Assembly: GCA_951406725.2 (NCBI GenBank)
Contig: OX597828.1
Coordinates: forward strand, 18,972,001 to 19,036,000
DNA: 64,000 bases
Origin: Octopus vulgaris
Lineage: Eukaryota
Direction: 5' to 3'
The notes under the pieces were generated by a model. That model had not been told where the DNA came from. It did not search any database and saw nothing but the letters and a program-made list of their open reading frames with translations. Positions 26,031 through 40,015 of the stretch are shown here, piece by piece (the stretch's first letter is position 1; each line of letters opens with the position of its first letter). A program made the translations under genes and the position numbers.

Positions 26031-27929
26031 ATTCTATTGCTGGATGCCCTTCTTGTTGTCACCTGACTGTTTCAGGTTTGGGATTTTCTTATTCCACTGG
26101 TTTTCAAAAATACTGACTGACCAGTTGTTATAGCCTTTCCTATTGTAGGCACAAGGTCTGAAAATTCAGGGAATGGGACTAGTCAATTACATCGACCCCA
26201 GTTTTTCACTGGTACTTAATTTATCGACCTCGAAAGGTTAAAAGGCAAAGCCAATCTCAGTGGAATTTGAACTCGGAACATGAAGATGGATGAAATACCT
26301 CTAAGCCCAGTGTGCTAACAATTCTGTCAGCTTGCTACCTTAGTGATAATAATAATCCTTTCTACTATAGACACAAGGCTAAGTCTTGGGAGGAGACTAG
26401 TCGATTACATCAACCCCAAGTGTTTCACTGGTACTTATTTTATTGACCTTGAAAGGATGAAAGGTAAAGTCAGACTGTAAATATCATACCACTATTTCAA
26501 TGAGATGCTGACAAGATATGCTATAAAATATCAACATTTGCACACCACACATACCCATACAAACAGATAAATATATATCAAGTGATGGGCAAGACTACTG
26601 GATGGTGTTATACATCACTGGTCACAATGCGCTTTGCATGGTTTTAGCTTTCAAATGATGCCACACTGCTGGCTAGAGGAGCGGGCCAACATTTCCCCCT
26701 GATCAGAAAGCCAGTCTATCACAAAGTTAACTCTTTACAGCTGAGTGGACTGGAGCAGCGTGAAATGAAATGAAGTGTCTTGCTTAAGAACACAATGAGA
26801 CACTCAATCTGGGAATCTAGGAATCATGCGTGCAACACCCTAACCACCAAGCCATGCACCTTCACATTAATATATATATCATCATCATTATCATCGTCAT
26901 CATTTAACATCCACTCTCTGTGCTGGCATGGGTTGGAGGGTTTGACATGTAGCTGTCCAGACACTCCATTTGTATGTTATGGCATGGTTTCTATATATTC
27001 ATACTTATATACAAGGATATACATACATACATATGTTTCTATAAATATAGATACATGACAGACTTATGTATAGTTTCTGTCTACCAGTTCTACTCATAAG
27101 GCATTGGTCAGCCACAGGTGCCATACATCAGGTTTAAACTTGGAACTACATAACTGGAAACAAATGTCTAAAGCACACAGATACACCTGCACCCATCTAG
27201 AAGAAATAAAATAAATATTGCAATACATGTACTTGGAAGTTAATTCAATTGAACATGTCTTGTCAACATTTTCTTACACCTGCTTTCCATGTTGCCTATA
27301 GGTTCAACAGGCCGTCACTGTCTGCTTCAGTTCTTATGTAAAATTACTGCTCTCCTAGATGGCTCAAAGAACCATGTTTCACTTGTACATTTCATACCTT
27401 TAGCTTGGTTTCTATGGTTGGATGCCATTCTTGATGTGAGGATCTTCACAAAGTGTTCTAGGTGCATTTTATTGTGGCACCAGCAATAGTGGTGTTGCCA
27501 CACCCTAGGCAATACTAAAGAATCATCTTCACCTCAGTGTTTGCTTGGATGCATTTTCTTATTGCACCAGCACCAAAGGGGTTGCTTTGTCCTCGAAAAG
27601 ATTAAGGAGCCCTCTTTATGTTAGTGCTTCTTTATACTTGCCACCATTTTTTAGTGTATACTAGATGTATTTTATTTATGCGCTGGCACAACAGAAGGTG
27701 CCTTGTCCTCAAAATGATTGAGGAATTCTCCCAGCCCCATATCTTTACACATTTACCAGTCACTTTAATGAACGTCCCGAGTAGAATTACAATGATGCCA
27801 ATCCTAGTGGGAATTACCTTTTGTACCTTGTGAAGTTAGTAAGTTCCATAACAATTTATAACATCTCTTTATTCTCTTCAGTACTAGTATGTCGTCTACA
27901 CACTAATGTGAGAAATCAATATTAAACTA

Positions 27930-28243
27930 TTAACCCTTTAGTTACCATATATCTAATAAAATTCACCGTCTCTGTGGTTCAATTAATTTCCAAAATAATC
28001 GAGAATTTTGTTTGGAGTCTAGTTAAAATAACTAACATTTTCATTATAAAGATAACGTTTGGAACATAACCTAACAGAAAGGTGCTTACATAAAAACTAT
28101 GATGGAAGGTTTTAATTTAAATATGAAGACTTTAAAATTATAGGAGTTTTTTTTTAAATTTCGTTTTTTTAATTTTATTTTATTTTATTTTGTATCGTAA
28201 AAACCAGAGGTGGTCTCAAGCGGTTTGGTATCAAAAGAGTTAA
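27930..28243. mobile_element. TTAA-flanked piggyBac-like MITE
   Basis: TTAACCCTTTAGTTACC...GGTATCAAAAGAGTTAA. Confidence 0.7.
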
Positions 28244-29448
28244 ATAAAATAAAACACAATGAAAATATAAAAAAAAATTAAAAAACCAACGGAAAGATAA
28301 TGTGTTTTAAATGTCTGACATGACCCTATCATGATACAACCGGTTTCTATTTTATTATACACTTTTTTTTTTTTATATTGTTTTATTTATTTATTTATTT
28401 TTATATTTTTATTTCTTCAGTCATCTTTGATGACTATGTTTATGTTTGAAAATAACATAGCAGAACATATCAATTAAAGTACCAATGTGTCTCATAAATA
28501 AAGTTTTTTTGGCTTTTTTTCGGTGGTTATATTTTTGTTTTTTGCTTTTTTTTTATTTTGGTGTTTCTTTTTTTGTTCCTTCTGAGGAAATGTAGCTGTG
28601 AGGTAATAAAATATAAATGAAATCAATAAACAAAAACCAAAAAAAAAGATAAAAATTGACGCTGGTATTTGTAGCTAATGGTGATCTGTATGTCGAGAAT
28701 TTTATTTTTTTAAATTATTTATTTATATTTATTATTATTATTATTATTATTGGTTTTGGTTTTGGTTAGCTATAACTGTTTCAAGGGGTGATGTGGATGG
28801 CAGAAACACTGTTTAAATATTAAAAGGTGGTTGCTTTGGGGTAAGAAGCTTCCCGACCGTGTAACCTTGAGTTCAATCTCAGGCTAACCAAAGCCCCATG
28901 AGTGGATTTCGAAAGAAAACCGTCACATATATGACTGTATGTATGTGTATCTGTGTTAGTCCCCCACCACTGCTTGACAATGGGTGTTGGTTTGTTTACA
29001 TCCCCGTAACCAATAGAATAAGTACTAGTGATAGAAATTAAAATAAAAATGAAAAATAAATACTGACAGCGATTTATTCAACGAAAACTTTTTAAAGGTG
29101 GTGAGTGAGTACCCCAGCATGGCCACTGTGCAATGACTGAAACCAGTAAAAGATAATAGAAGTAGAAATCACATGGATTGAAAAAAAAAAGGTTTGAGGA
29201 CAAAGACAAAAGAATGAGTTTACTACTTCAATGAGCAGGTTGGTTGGACAACCAAATACCTGTCACCAACCCAATACCTGTCATTAATGAGGCAAAGAGT
29301 ATCATTACAATAATCGTCATCATCATCATAATTTTAAGTTTCATTTATCCATGCCTGCATGGGCCAGATGCAATTTGTTAAGGTATATTTTCAATGGCTG
29401 GATGCCATTCCTGTCACCAAACCTTACCTGTTTTCAAGTGAAGCAATA

Positions 29449-29672
29449 TTCTGTTGTGTCTGGGGAGAATCAGTTTCTTTTTTCGCCTTATAATTTAAAT
29501 ACACACACCGGTAAAATTTCCACTTATTTCTTATTTTATTTTCCTAAAATTTTCGTTGTGTCTTGCAACCTTTTCAATGGTCTTGAAAATGACTCTCCCC
29601 AGACACAACTGAATATGCTCCAACACACGAACTCACATAATAAATCTTGCAAACCAAATCCCAAAACGAAAA
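29449..29672. mobile_element. Interspersed repeat with internal inversion (homologue of 55493-55691)
   Basis: 29449-29585 is the reverse complement of the first part of 55493-55691, and 29586-29672 matches its second part directly. Confidence 0.85.
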
Positions 29673-31079
29673 ATGAAGCAATATTTTCCCTGAAAAGGCA
29701 GTAAGCTGGCAGAGTCATTAGCATGTCAAGCAAAATGCTTACCAGTATTCCATCTGTCTTAACTTCCAAGTTAAAATTCCACCAGGGCCAGTTTTGCCTT
29801 TTGTCCTTTCAGAGTCAATAAAATAAGTACCAGGTTAAAATAAGTACTGGGGTTAATTTAATCAACTTACCCATTTCCTCTGAAATTACTGGCCTTGTGC
29901 TAAAATTTGAAATTAATATTTCTCTTGGGATGGCAGTGAGCTGGCAGAATCGTTAGCACGCCGGGCAAAATGCTTCGTGGCATTTTGTGCATCTTCACAA
30001 TCTGAGTTCAAATTCTGCCCAGGTTAATTTTGCCGTTTATCTTTTCAGGGTCGATAGAATAAGCTCCAGTTGGACTCTGAGATCAATTTGATCAATTTAC
30101 CCCTTCGCACAAAACTGCTGGCCTAATGCCGCCAAAATTTAAAATCAATATTTTCCATGGACATGTTGTTTTTTTTTTTTTTCCATGAAGGACTAGAAAC
30201 AAACAACATCATATGGGATGCTCATTACAACCATCATGCTATGTCAAAACAAAAGGCAGCTGTAGACACACACAGACACACACACGTATATGTGTGTGTC
30301 TGTGTGTATATACATAGGTGCAGGTGTGGCTGTGCAGTAAAGTAGCATGCTTACCAACCACATGATTCTGGGTTCAGTCCCACTTGCATGGCACCTTGGG
30401 CAGGTGTCTTCTACTACAGCCTCAGGTTGACCAAAGACTTGTGAGCGGATTTGGTAGATGTCTACCTGAGAATTATATTGAGGCTACAAGTGTCTATGGT
30501 ATATTCAGCCACTTTTGTGTTGACTCAGTGAGTAGATAGCTTCAGTTAGTCAAACAACTGAATGCTCATCATGGACACTGACTGAGGTCCTTTGATTTAG
30601 TTATTTAATCATGCAGATATGGCTGTGTGGTTAAGACGCTCCCTTTGCAGTCACGTGGTTTACAGTTCGGTCCCACTTCACAACACCTCGGGCTAGTGCC
30701 TTTTCTTATTTCCACAAGCCAGTCAGTGCCCTAGTGTCCTGCATGGAAGTCTTGTGTGTGTGTGTGGGGGGGGGGGGGTTGTGTGCACACACATGGGTGT
30801 GTATCTGTGTGCATGCGTGTGTTTGTGTATGTGCGTGTGCTTTTGTGTTTGTCTCCTGTTTGACAACCAGCATTGGTTTATTTATGTCCCAATAACTTAG
30901 TGGTTTGGCAAAAAAAAAAAACTGCTAGAATAAGCACAAGACCCTAAAAAAACAAAACATATGTACTAGGATCAGTTTGTTTGACTAAAATCTTCAAGCA
31001 GTGCCCCAGTATGGTCACAGTGCAATGACTGCAACATAAAAAACACACACAAGAAAAACAGATGATAATGTCATAGATT

Positions 31080-31520
31080 AAAGGATGTCTGGGAATGAAA
31101 TTGCCTTTTAATTTTTTCCGTTCATGTCTCCTAAATTTTGCCTCATTCCCGAAAACCCATACATCCCCAAACTCATTTCTACATAGTTGTTTACACGAAG
31201 AGAGTCCTTCCGCTTGATTTAGTAGTGTGTTTAGATGACTTGTGGTAGTGGTGAAATCATTAGGAATCCCTACTGAAAGACAGATGCAGACAGATACATG
31301 GTTCTTGTCCACTTTGAAATAATCATTCATAGCATTGCTAACAGAGGCTTTACAATTGTTCTTTCTAAGGATATATACCTAAGCCCATTTCATCCAACCT
31401 CTGCAATAATCAAGGATTTATTGCCTACAGCCTGATGTATTAATAGCTAATAATTTTGCTTTGCTCTCTACGTCTATTGTTTGTAATGATACCCTGCCAA
31501 AAAAAGTTAACTGATAGTAT
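31080..31520 (-). pseudogene. Possible highly decayed hAT transposase fragment
   Basis: Weak resemblance only: FWQGII..IDVESK.. and LNTLLNQA..QL..EFG to the hAT C-terminal region, with many stops. Confidence 0.25.
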
Positions 31521-32160
31521 TATTGTTCCTGCTTGATCTATAGTCTTGAATTATTGTCATTCTACACTATAAATACATTCTTTGTTTTTGTTGTTTTTAT
31601 TTTTTGTTTTTGTTTTCTTTTATTATTATTCATTTTGTTCTCTTCTCAGAAATAATTAAACTGTGTAGAAAAGCATTTATAATTGTTATGTATTTAATTC
31701 TTGTTGATTTTTATCAGTGTGTTTATTTATTTATTTTTTTTTGTTCTCACCCAATATTCTCCTTCCAACAGTGAAACATATTCAGACAAATGTAGACTTT
31801 CGAAAGACTTTAATGGACGGGAGGGAAAAATGCTCTGCAGTCTTAATTAGCTGATAGCTTGCCTTTTATTCTACAACATTCCCAACCATCAGGTGATTTT
31901 AATATTACTAATATTAAACGAGGCAGCGAGCTGGCAGAATCGTTAGCACACCAGGTAAAATGCTTAGCAATCATTGCATCTGCCTTTTACGCTCTGAGTT
32001 AAATTCAACCAAAATCAACTTGGTCTTTCATCCTTTCAGAGTTGATGAAAAGGGTACCAGTTGAGTACTGGGATCAATGTCAATGTAATCGACTTGCCCG
32101 TTCCCCCAAAATTGCTGGCCTTGTGCCTAAATTCGAAAGCAAAATTACTAATGTTAATAA

Positions 32161-32705
32161 GGTGGCAAGCTGGCAGAATAGTTAGCGTGTCAGGCAAAAT
32201 ACTTAGCTGCATTTCACCAATCTTTACTTTCTGAGTTCAAATTCTGCCAAAGTCAAATTTTAACCTTCATCCTTTTGGAGTCAATAAAATAAATACCTCA
32301 GTCCCATATTTAAGAGATGAGGAATTATGTACATTATTTACATTCAATGAATATTTGTCCTCATCTTGTTTGTTGTTAACACTACATTTTGGCTGATATA
32401 CCCTCCAGCCTTCAAGTGTCTTGGGGAAATTTCGAACCTGGGTTCTCATTCCTAAGGTATTTTTCGATGTTATTATTACTATTATTATTATTATTATTAT
32501 TAATCATCATCATCATCATCATCATCATTATTATTATTATTGTTATTGTTATTGTTCAGGTCACTGCTTGGAATCAAACTCAGAATCTTGGGGTTAAGAG
32601 CGCAGGCTACTAACCACAAGATTATGAGTTCAATTCCAGGCAGTGACCTGAATAATAATAATAATGATAATAATAACAATAATAATAATGATAATAATAA
32701 TAATG

Positions 32706-32744
<39 letters not shown>

Positions 32745-32990
32745 TCGAAAAATACCTTAAGAATGAGAACCCAGGTTCAAAATTTCCCCAAGACACCTGA
32801 AGAAAGTTGGAGGGTATATCAGCCAAAATGTGTTAACAACAAACAAGATTTGGACAAATATTCATCGAATGTAAATAATGTAAATAATGAAAATGAATAC
32901 CAGTTGAGCATTGGGGTTGATGTAGTCCAATTATTCCCTTCCCTCAAAATTACTGGCCTTGTGCCAAAATTTGAAACCAATATTTATTCC
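32161..32990 (+). mobile_element. Family B SINE split by a palindromic insertion
   Basis: Head at 32161-32297, continuation CAGTTGAGCATTGGGGTTGATG from 32901. Near-duplicated target AAAATAAATACC / AAAATGAATACC. Confidence 0.85.
32298..32889. mobile_element. Head-to-head pair of a tRNA-headed, HHR-tailed short retroelement
   Basis: Arms ~32330-32596 and 32611-32888 are reverse complements around a 14-bp spacer. The unit is a tRNA-like head with B box, (AAT)n, then an HHR-like GACAC-CTGAAGA..CAGCC-AAAAT-GTGTT. Confidence 0.85.
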
Positions 32991-33314
32991 AAATATTAAT
33001 ATTTATACCAAAGCGGTGAGTTGGCACAATCATTAACATGCTTTACAAAATACCCAGCTGTATTGCCTCTAGCTTTACATTCTTAGTTCAAATTCTACCG
33101 AACTTAACTTTACCTTTCATCTTTTTGAGGTCAAAGAGATGAGGATTGGTGTTTATGTATTTTGCCTCCTCCCAAATTTTCTGGTTTTATGCCAAAAATT
33201 GAAACAAATGTTATTAATATTTATACCAAGGCAATGCGCTGCACAATTGGTGGTGCGCTGGACAAGATGCGTGGCTGCATTTCTTCTGGTTTTTGTATAC
33301 TGAGTTCAAATTCA

Positions 33315-33552
33315 AAGGGTACACCAGGCACATGCATCACAACCATATGTATGTGACATGGTGATCTCATATCAAGATAAACAGCGCAGGTGGGGCCCAG
33401 TTAGAATGTTCTTCAGGTCAAGTAGCCCATCCCGCTCAATATTTACTGTAGCCCATCTTTTACACCAAGACAAAACATGTACATGATAACACTTTCAATC
33501 AGTTAAGATCAGAAGCCATGAGAGCCACTGCCTGGTACTGCATCAGGGCATT
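33315..33552 (-). mobile_element. Probable interspersed repeat abutting (AAT)n
   Basis: GC-richer block that interrupts a SINE B head and ends precisely at a long TAA tract. Family not assigned. Confidence 0.4.
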
Positions 33553-33588
33553 AAATTATTATTATTATTATTATTGTTATTATTATTA

Positions 33589-33647
<59 letters not shown>

Positions 33648-34819
33648 ACTATTATTATTAATTTCATTAGCATCTTCTTTCAATTCTGTTTCCATTTCTT
33701 GCCAATTGTCTTCCTGACACCTAGGGGCAGAGAAATGTACTGTATACATTGGTAAGTCATTAAAATAAAAACAATAAAATCAAAAACCTTGACTGGCTCC
33801 TGTGCTGGTGGCATGTAAAAAACACCATTTGAGTGTGGTTTTTGCCAGTGGCGCCTGACTGGCTCCTGTGCCGGTGTCACATAAAAAGCACCATTTGAGT
33901 GTGGTCAATGCCAGTACCACCAGACTGGCCCTCAAGCCGGTGGCATGTAAAAAGCACCCACTACACTCTTGGAGTGGTTGGTGTTAGGAAGGACATCAAG
34001 CTGTAGAAACTTTGCCAGATCAGAATGAAGCCCGGTGCAGCCTTCTGGCTCTCCAGCCCTCCATCAAACCATCCAAGCCATGCCAACATGGAAAGCGGAC
34101 GTTAAACGATGACAACGATGATGGTGATGATGATAATGACGATGATACATATATGTATATATGGCAGGTTTCTTTCAGTTTCCATCTACCAAATCCACTC
34201 ACAAGGCTTTGGTCAGCCCAAGGCTATAGTAGAAGACACTTACCCAAGGTGCCACACTGTGGGACTGAACTCAGAACAATGTGGCTGGTGAGTAAGTTAT
34301 TTACTACACAGTCACTCCTGTGCCTACTGTTTATATTAGTCAGATTGGTATCCGAATCTTTATTGGCCACAAGTCCAACTAACATAAACAATATGCATAA
34401 TATAAATTTAGAATTGTACTTTTATGACTAATGTCTGTGACTTTTTATATTTAAGTTACAAATGTTTATGCATTTTGAAATATTTTAGGAAGAAGTTAAA
34501 CTGCATTTTATTTTCTTATTGGTGTTAATTTGTTCAGAAATGCTAAAGAATTAATATGCAATGATGTTTGTCATTGTTCACATGATCAGATCTTTCTGGC
34601 GAGGACAACGGGAGGAATATCAGCACAGTCCAATCTAGCCATTTATTTTGTTCTCCTCTGAAAGATTCCGTGAAGTGAGCTGTCATTTGTCCTTATTTGT
34701 AAAAGTAAAAATTTGTGTATATGTGTGTGTGTGTGTGCTTATAGAGAGAGACAGACAGAAAGAGGGTAGATGCATACATATTCATGTGTTTGTATGAAAA
34801 TAGACATGCATTATATATG

Positions 34820-34857
<38 letters not shown>

Positions 34858-35689
34858 TGTGTATATGAACATAAATGTGTATGTATGTATATATATATAA
34901 ATGTGTATGTATATATATATATATATGTATGTATATATATATATAATTATATAAAGATTTATATATATATATATATTTATATGCCTAAATATGTATATAT
35001 GTATATAGATGCAAACACGCATGTGTGCCCACACATACACACACACACAGAAGCATGCATATGTGCGTGTACGCAAACATACATATTTATTTATGTACAC
35101 TTGCAATAATATATGATTTTTATACAGCACTTTAGATAAATAAACATGCTACTTAAGTTTCATGCTTAAGTAACTATCTGCACTGCATGTAGAGTGCACA
35201 CTCACTTCTCATTTCACTAGACACACACAGCCCCACACACACAAACACACACTCCCACACACATAACACTCATACACACATATACACGCAAGCACATTCC
35301 ACAATATTATCATTTCAGTCTGTGCATGTTATTTCGCTTAACAATCTGCAATATAAACAAAACCATCTAGAAATGTCACCTGTGATTATTAACGAGCATC
35401 TTATAAAAAGCGAAATTCACCCTTCAGCCATTTGAATGGTTGAAATTACAGCCTCAACAATGGTCATTAATAGCCTCAGGGTGTTTTGAAAATGTTTACA
35501 CAATTCTACATTTTCCAGTTTTATTGTTTATGTATAAATTTCTAGTTTTTGAATAATGCTTTACTGTTAGTTTAAATATCAAATCACAGCATTGTGTTAA
35601 CATATTTAATGCCTTGAGTGTTAAAAAGCCAGTCAGAAATAATTGCTTGATCAGGAAAAAAGAAAACTGTGTGAGTTTATCATTATCCT

Positions 35690-36298
35690 TTCTAATATAG
35701 GCACAAGGCTTGAAATTTGGGGGAGGGGACTAGTCGATTACATCGACCCCAGTACGTAACTGGTACTTAATTTATCGGCCCCTAAAGGATAAAAGGTAAA
35801 GTTGACCTTAGTAGAATTTGAACTCAGAATGTGGTGATGGATGGAATACTGCAAGCATTTTGTCCAGCGTGCTGACGATTCTTATTTCTTTACTGCCCAC
35901 AAGGGACTACACACAGAGGGGGACAAACAAGGATAGACAAACGGATTAAGTCGATTATATCGACCCCAGTGCATAACTGGTACTTATTTAATCGACCCCG
36001 AAAGGATGAAAGGCAAAGTCGACCTCGGTGGAATTGAACTCAGAACGTAGCGGCAGGCGAAATACCTATTTTCTTTACTACCCACAAGGGGCTAAACACA
36101 GAGAGGACAAACAAGGACAGACAAACAGATTAAGTTGATTACATCGACCCCAGTGCATAACTGGTACTTATTTAATCGACCCCGAAAGGATGAAAGGCAA
36201 AGTCGACCTCGGTGGAATTTGAACCCAGAACATACTGACAGACAAAATACTGCTAAGCATTTTGCCTGGCGTGCTAATGATTCTGCCAAGTCACCACC
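35690..36298 (-). mobile_element. Tandem array of three family B SINE units
   Basis: Units at ~35690-35882, 35884-36065 and 36066-36298, each with CCCCAGT..ACTGGTACTTA..AAAGGAT..AAAG. Confidence 0.9.
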
Positions 36299-37274
36299 TT
36301 CATTATCATTATCATCATCATCTTCATCATTGTCATCGTAATGTCCACTTTTCCATGTTTGCATGGATCAGACAGAATTTGTTGAAGTGGACTTACTATC
36401 GTGGGTGCCCTTCCTGTCACCAACCCTTGCCTGATTCCGAATAGGGTCATATTTCACCATGATCAGACATGTCTTGGAAGGTTGGAACTGAAAAACACCA
36501 TTTGTTTGTCAGTGGCACTTGCTTACAGCTATGATGTGATGTTAGGAGCAAGGTGACAGTGACATACACACAGAAACATGCACACACACACACACACACA
36601 CGCGCACACACACACACACACACACACGATGGGCTTAGCTGAACCACTGCATTATGGGAACACTGACATACCAGCACCGGTTGTCAAATAATGGTACGAA
36701 ACAAACACAGACACAAAGTTACACACACATAGATATATGTATATGTATATATGACACGCTTGTTTCAGTTCCTCTCTACCAAATCAACTCACAAGGCTTT
36801 GGTGGGGCTGAGGCTATAGTAGAAGACATTTGCCCAAGGTGTCACACAGTGGGATTGAACACAAAACTATGTGGTTTTGAAGCAGACTTGCTTACCGCAC
36901 AGCCACACCTACAGTTTATGACTAGTATTCTTTTTTAATTATTCTAGAAAGTATGGGTGACAACTCTGGTCATGTTTCAGTCTTATTAGATCTCCTCAGT
37001 GATATATAGATTCCACTCTACTTATGAAGAAGTGGTGAGATAACCACTAAGTTTATGGACAATATTGCACAAGAATCCATTGGATAGTGATATATTTTAG
37101 GGAACACAATGCATGAGAGAAATTGCTCAGGGACATCATACATATGAAAACAAACAGCCAAGATTGTCTTAACATATTTTGTACAGAGACTTTTAAAATA
37201 TGGTAATACACATGCATATGTATGTGTATTTTGCATGTGTTATATGTGTTTGTGTGTGTGTGTGTGTGTTTGTT

Positions 37275-37306
<32 letters not shown>

Positions 37307-37926
37307 GTGTCTGTTTATCGGTGTGTGTTATATAGAAAACACAAATGTGTCCTATTTCTAGCATTTTTGCTAATGTTTCTTCATATTTCCCTACGACTCT
37401 TTCAGAGATATTTTTTGAAAGTTTTGTTATTTATTGGGGGTTTTTTTTTTATTATTATTATTTTATTTATATATTTTTATTTTTATTTTTATTTTTATTT
37501 TTTAACAAACTGTTACAAACAATCTGTAAAGAATTCATTGGGGAATATGAAAGAAAAAAGAAAATACTCAGAAACTTAATGGAAATGATGAAACTAGAAC
37601 GCAGTCATGTTTTTAAATACAAAACATTTAAAAGAGAAAAGCTTTTTCCCCATAACACATCGTTTTCACCATCATCATCATCACCATCAACAACATAATT
37701 ATCGTCAAAATCAGCAGCAGGAGCATTGTCATTTTACGTTGGCCCCCTCCATGCTGCCATGGGCTGGATGGGGCTCCCCAAGACAGTACCGTATGGTTGT
37801 AAAATCTTCCTCACACAAACAATTTTTTTTTTAGCATGAAGTCGTATGTTACTCCGTCTCTAAAATTCAGGATACACACAGCTTTACATATATATATATA
37901 TATATACATACACAAGCACACATATG

Positions 37927-37970
<44 letters not shown>

Positions 37971-38124
37971 TATACATACACAAGCATACATATGCATATA
38001 TATATACAAACATGCATATATTTATATATATATATAGGCGAGTGGTCAAACAAAAAAAAGAACCACTCAACGCATATAGGAGATATATATATTATTTAAA
38101 ACAGTTTGATTTATATATATATGT

Positions 38125-38520
38125 ATTCTTTTATTCTTTTATTGCTTCAGTCCGTTGACTGCAGCCATGCTGGGGCACCACCTTTAATTGAACAAATCAA
38201 CCCTAGGACTTATTCTATCTCTTTTGCAGAACCACTAAGTTACAGGGATGTAAACACACCAACATCAGTTGTCAAGCGATGGTGGGGTACAAACACAGAC
38301 ACACAAACATATACATACATACATATATATATATATATGACATATATATATATACGACAGGCTTCTTTCAGTTTCTGTCTACCAAATCCGCACACAAGGC
38401 TTTGATCGGCCCAAGGCTATAGTAGAAGGCACTTGGCCAAGGTGCCACACAGTAGGACTGAACCCAGAACCATGTTGTTGGTAATCAAGCTACTTACCAC
38501 ACACCCACTCCTGTGCCTAT
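38125..38520 (-). mobile_element. Family A SINE
   Basis: Full head-to-tail match to the other family A copies. Confidence 0.9.
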
Positions 38521-39351
38521 GCTTTGTATTGATTTCTCATGGAGAAACCAAAGCTTCCAGTCTTTTCAGAGTTGTCCTACTTGGTATCTGATACTGATGA
38601 GAATGTAAAGAGCTGAAAATGTATATATCAATTCAGTAGTGGCTATGGTGGTGGTAGTGGTTGGTGGTTGGTGGTGATGATGATGCTGCTGCTGTTTAAC
38701 CCCGGGTCAGCTCTGATTATACTGATATTTCAATCAAAAAGGTATTGTACTTGAGACCAACTAGTTTTTTTCCTTGTTTCGACACTGTACTATATCTAAG
38801 ATCACATTATTAGAATATTACAATCTATTTCTTTCTTTTAAAAGACTGTAAGGCGTAGTCTGTGGTATATGGCTGTGTAGATGAAAGCCTGGCTGTGTGG
38901 TCAGAACCTTAATTTGTAACCATAAGGTCCTGAAGAAGGGGTCATAACTCCTCTGCATGGCACTTTGAGTGGGCTTCTATAGCTCTGGGTTGACCAATGT
39001 GTGGTGATTGAATTCTGTAGACAGAAATCATATAGAAGCCCACTCTGTGTGTGTGTGTGTATCTTTGTGTTTGTCCCCAACAACCAAGCACTCAAAAGCT
39101 GGTGTTGGTTTGTTTACATCCCAAAACTTAGTTGTTCAGCAAGACAACTTGATAGAAGACGTATCACACCTTTAAAAAGTCCTGGGGGTCAATTTGTTCA
39201 GCTAAAACCCTTCAAAGGGGTCTCCCAGAGTGACTGCAGTCCAATGACCGAAAACAAGTAACAGATAAAAGATATTTAGCTGCTATTTCTAACAGATCAA
39301 ACGATGCAAATTAAATCTCCCTCATTAACTCATTAATTTATCATATCATGT

Positions 39352-39662
39352 GTGAAGGCACGTGGCTTAGTGGTTAGGGTACTCGGCTCACAATCGTAAG
39401 ATCATGAGTTCAATCCCTGGTAACGTGTGTCTTTGAGCAAGACTCTTTATTTCACATTGCTCCAGTTCACTTAGCTGGCAAAAATGAGTAGTACCTGTAT
39501 TTCAAAGGTCCAGCCTTGTCACACTGAATCTCCCTGAGAACTACCTTAAGGATACACATGTCTGTGGAGTGCTCAGCCACCCTGGATGTTAATTTCACGA
39601 GCTGGCTATTCCATTGATCAGTTCAACTGGAACCCTCGTCGTCATAACCGACAGATTGCCAG
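39352..39662 (+). mobile_element. Family C SINE
   Basis: GTGAAGGCACGTGGCTTAGTGGTTAGG..GAGTTCAATCCC..TTGAGCAAGACTCTTTATTTCACATTGCTCCAG. Confidence 0.85.
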
Positions 39663-40015
39663 TTAGCATACCACGTTAATAAATAACAATATTCCTTTGA
39701 CAAGAACCCCCAAATTGCACTAAAACTCTGTACATACTCCATATTTCACACAGTGTCGCATGTTTTCCCAAAGTGTTGACTCACACAGGACTGGAGAGGC
39801 TTAAATTCAATAAAATTTATGTGTTTATTTGCCAAAAATTCTAATTCTAGTTATGAGAGTTTTAAATTTCTCTTCTATTATACTTTAATAATGTAATTCT
39901 AAGGTTTCACTTTACCATTTTGTTATTTTTCTTGAGAGTTCTCTGAAACTGCGCCAAGTTACACCCTAAACATCAGCATTTCATGTTTTTCTTTTTCCTT
40001 AACATCTTGTAGTTC

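Noticed and set aside
33490-33552. U2 snRNA-like or HDV-ribozyme-like 5' end
   Set aside because: Only short scattered similarity; the P1/P2 pairings could not be completed.
34590-34674. Possible 85-nt exon (AG...GTGAG) with one open frame
   Set aside because: Weak acceptor, no recognisable peptide and no partner exons. It needs RNA-seq.
38590-38630. CTGATGA...GAAA spacing resembling an HHR
   Set aside because: Stem II does not pair and no second copy supports it.
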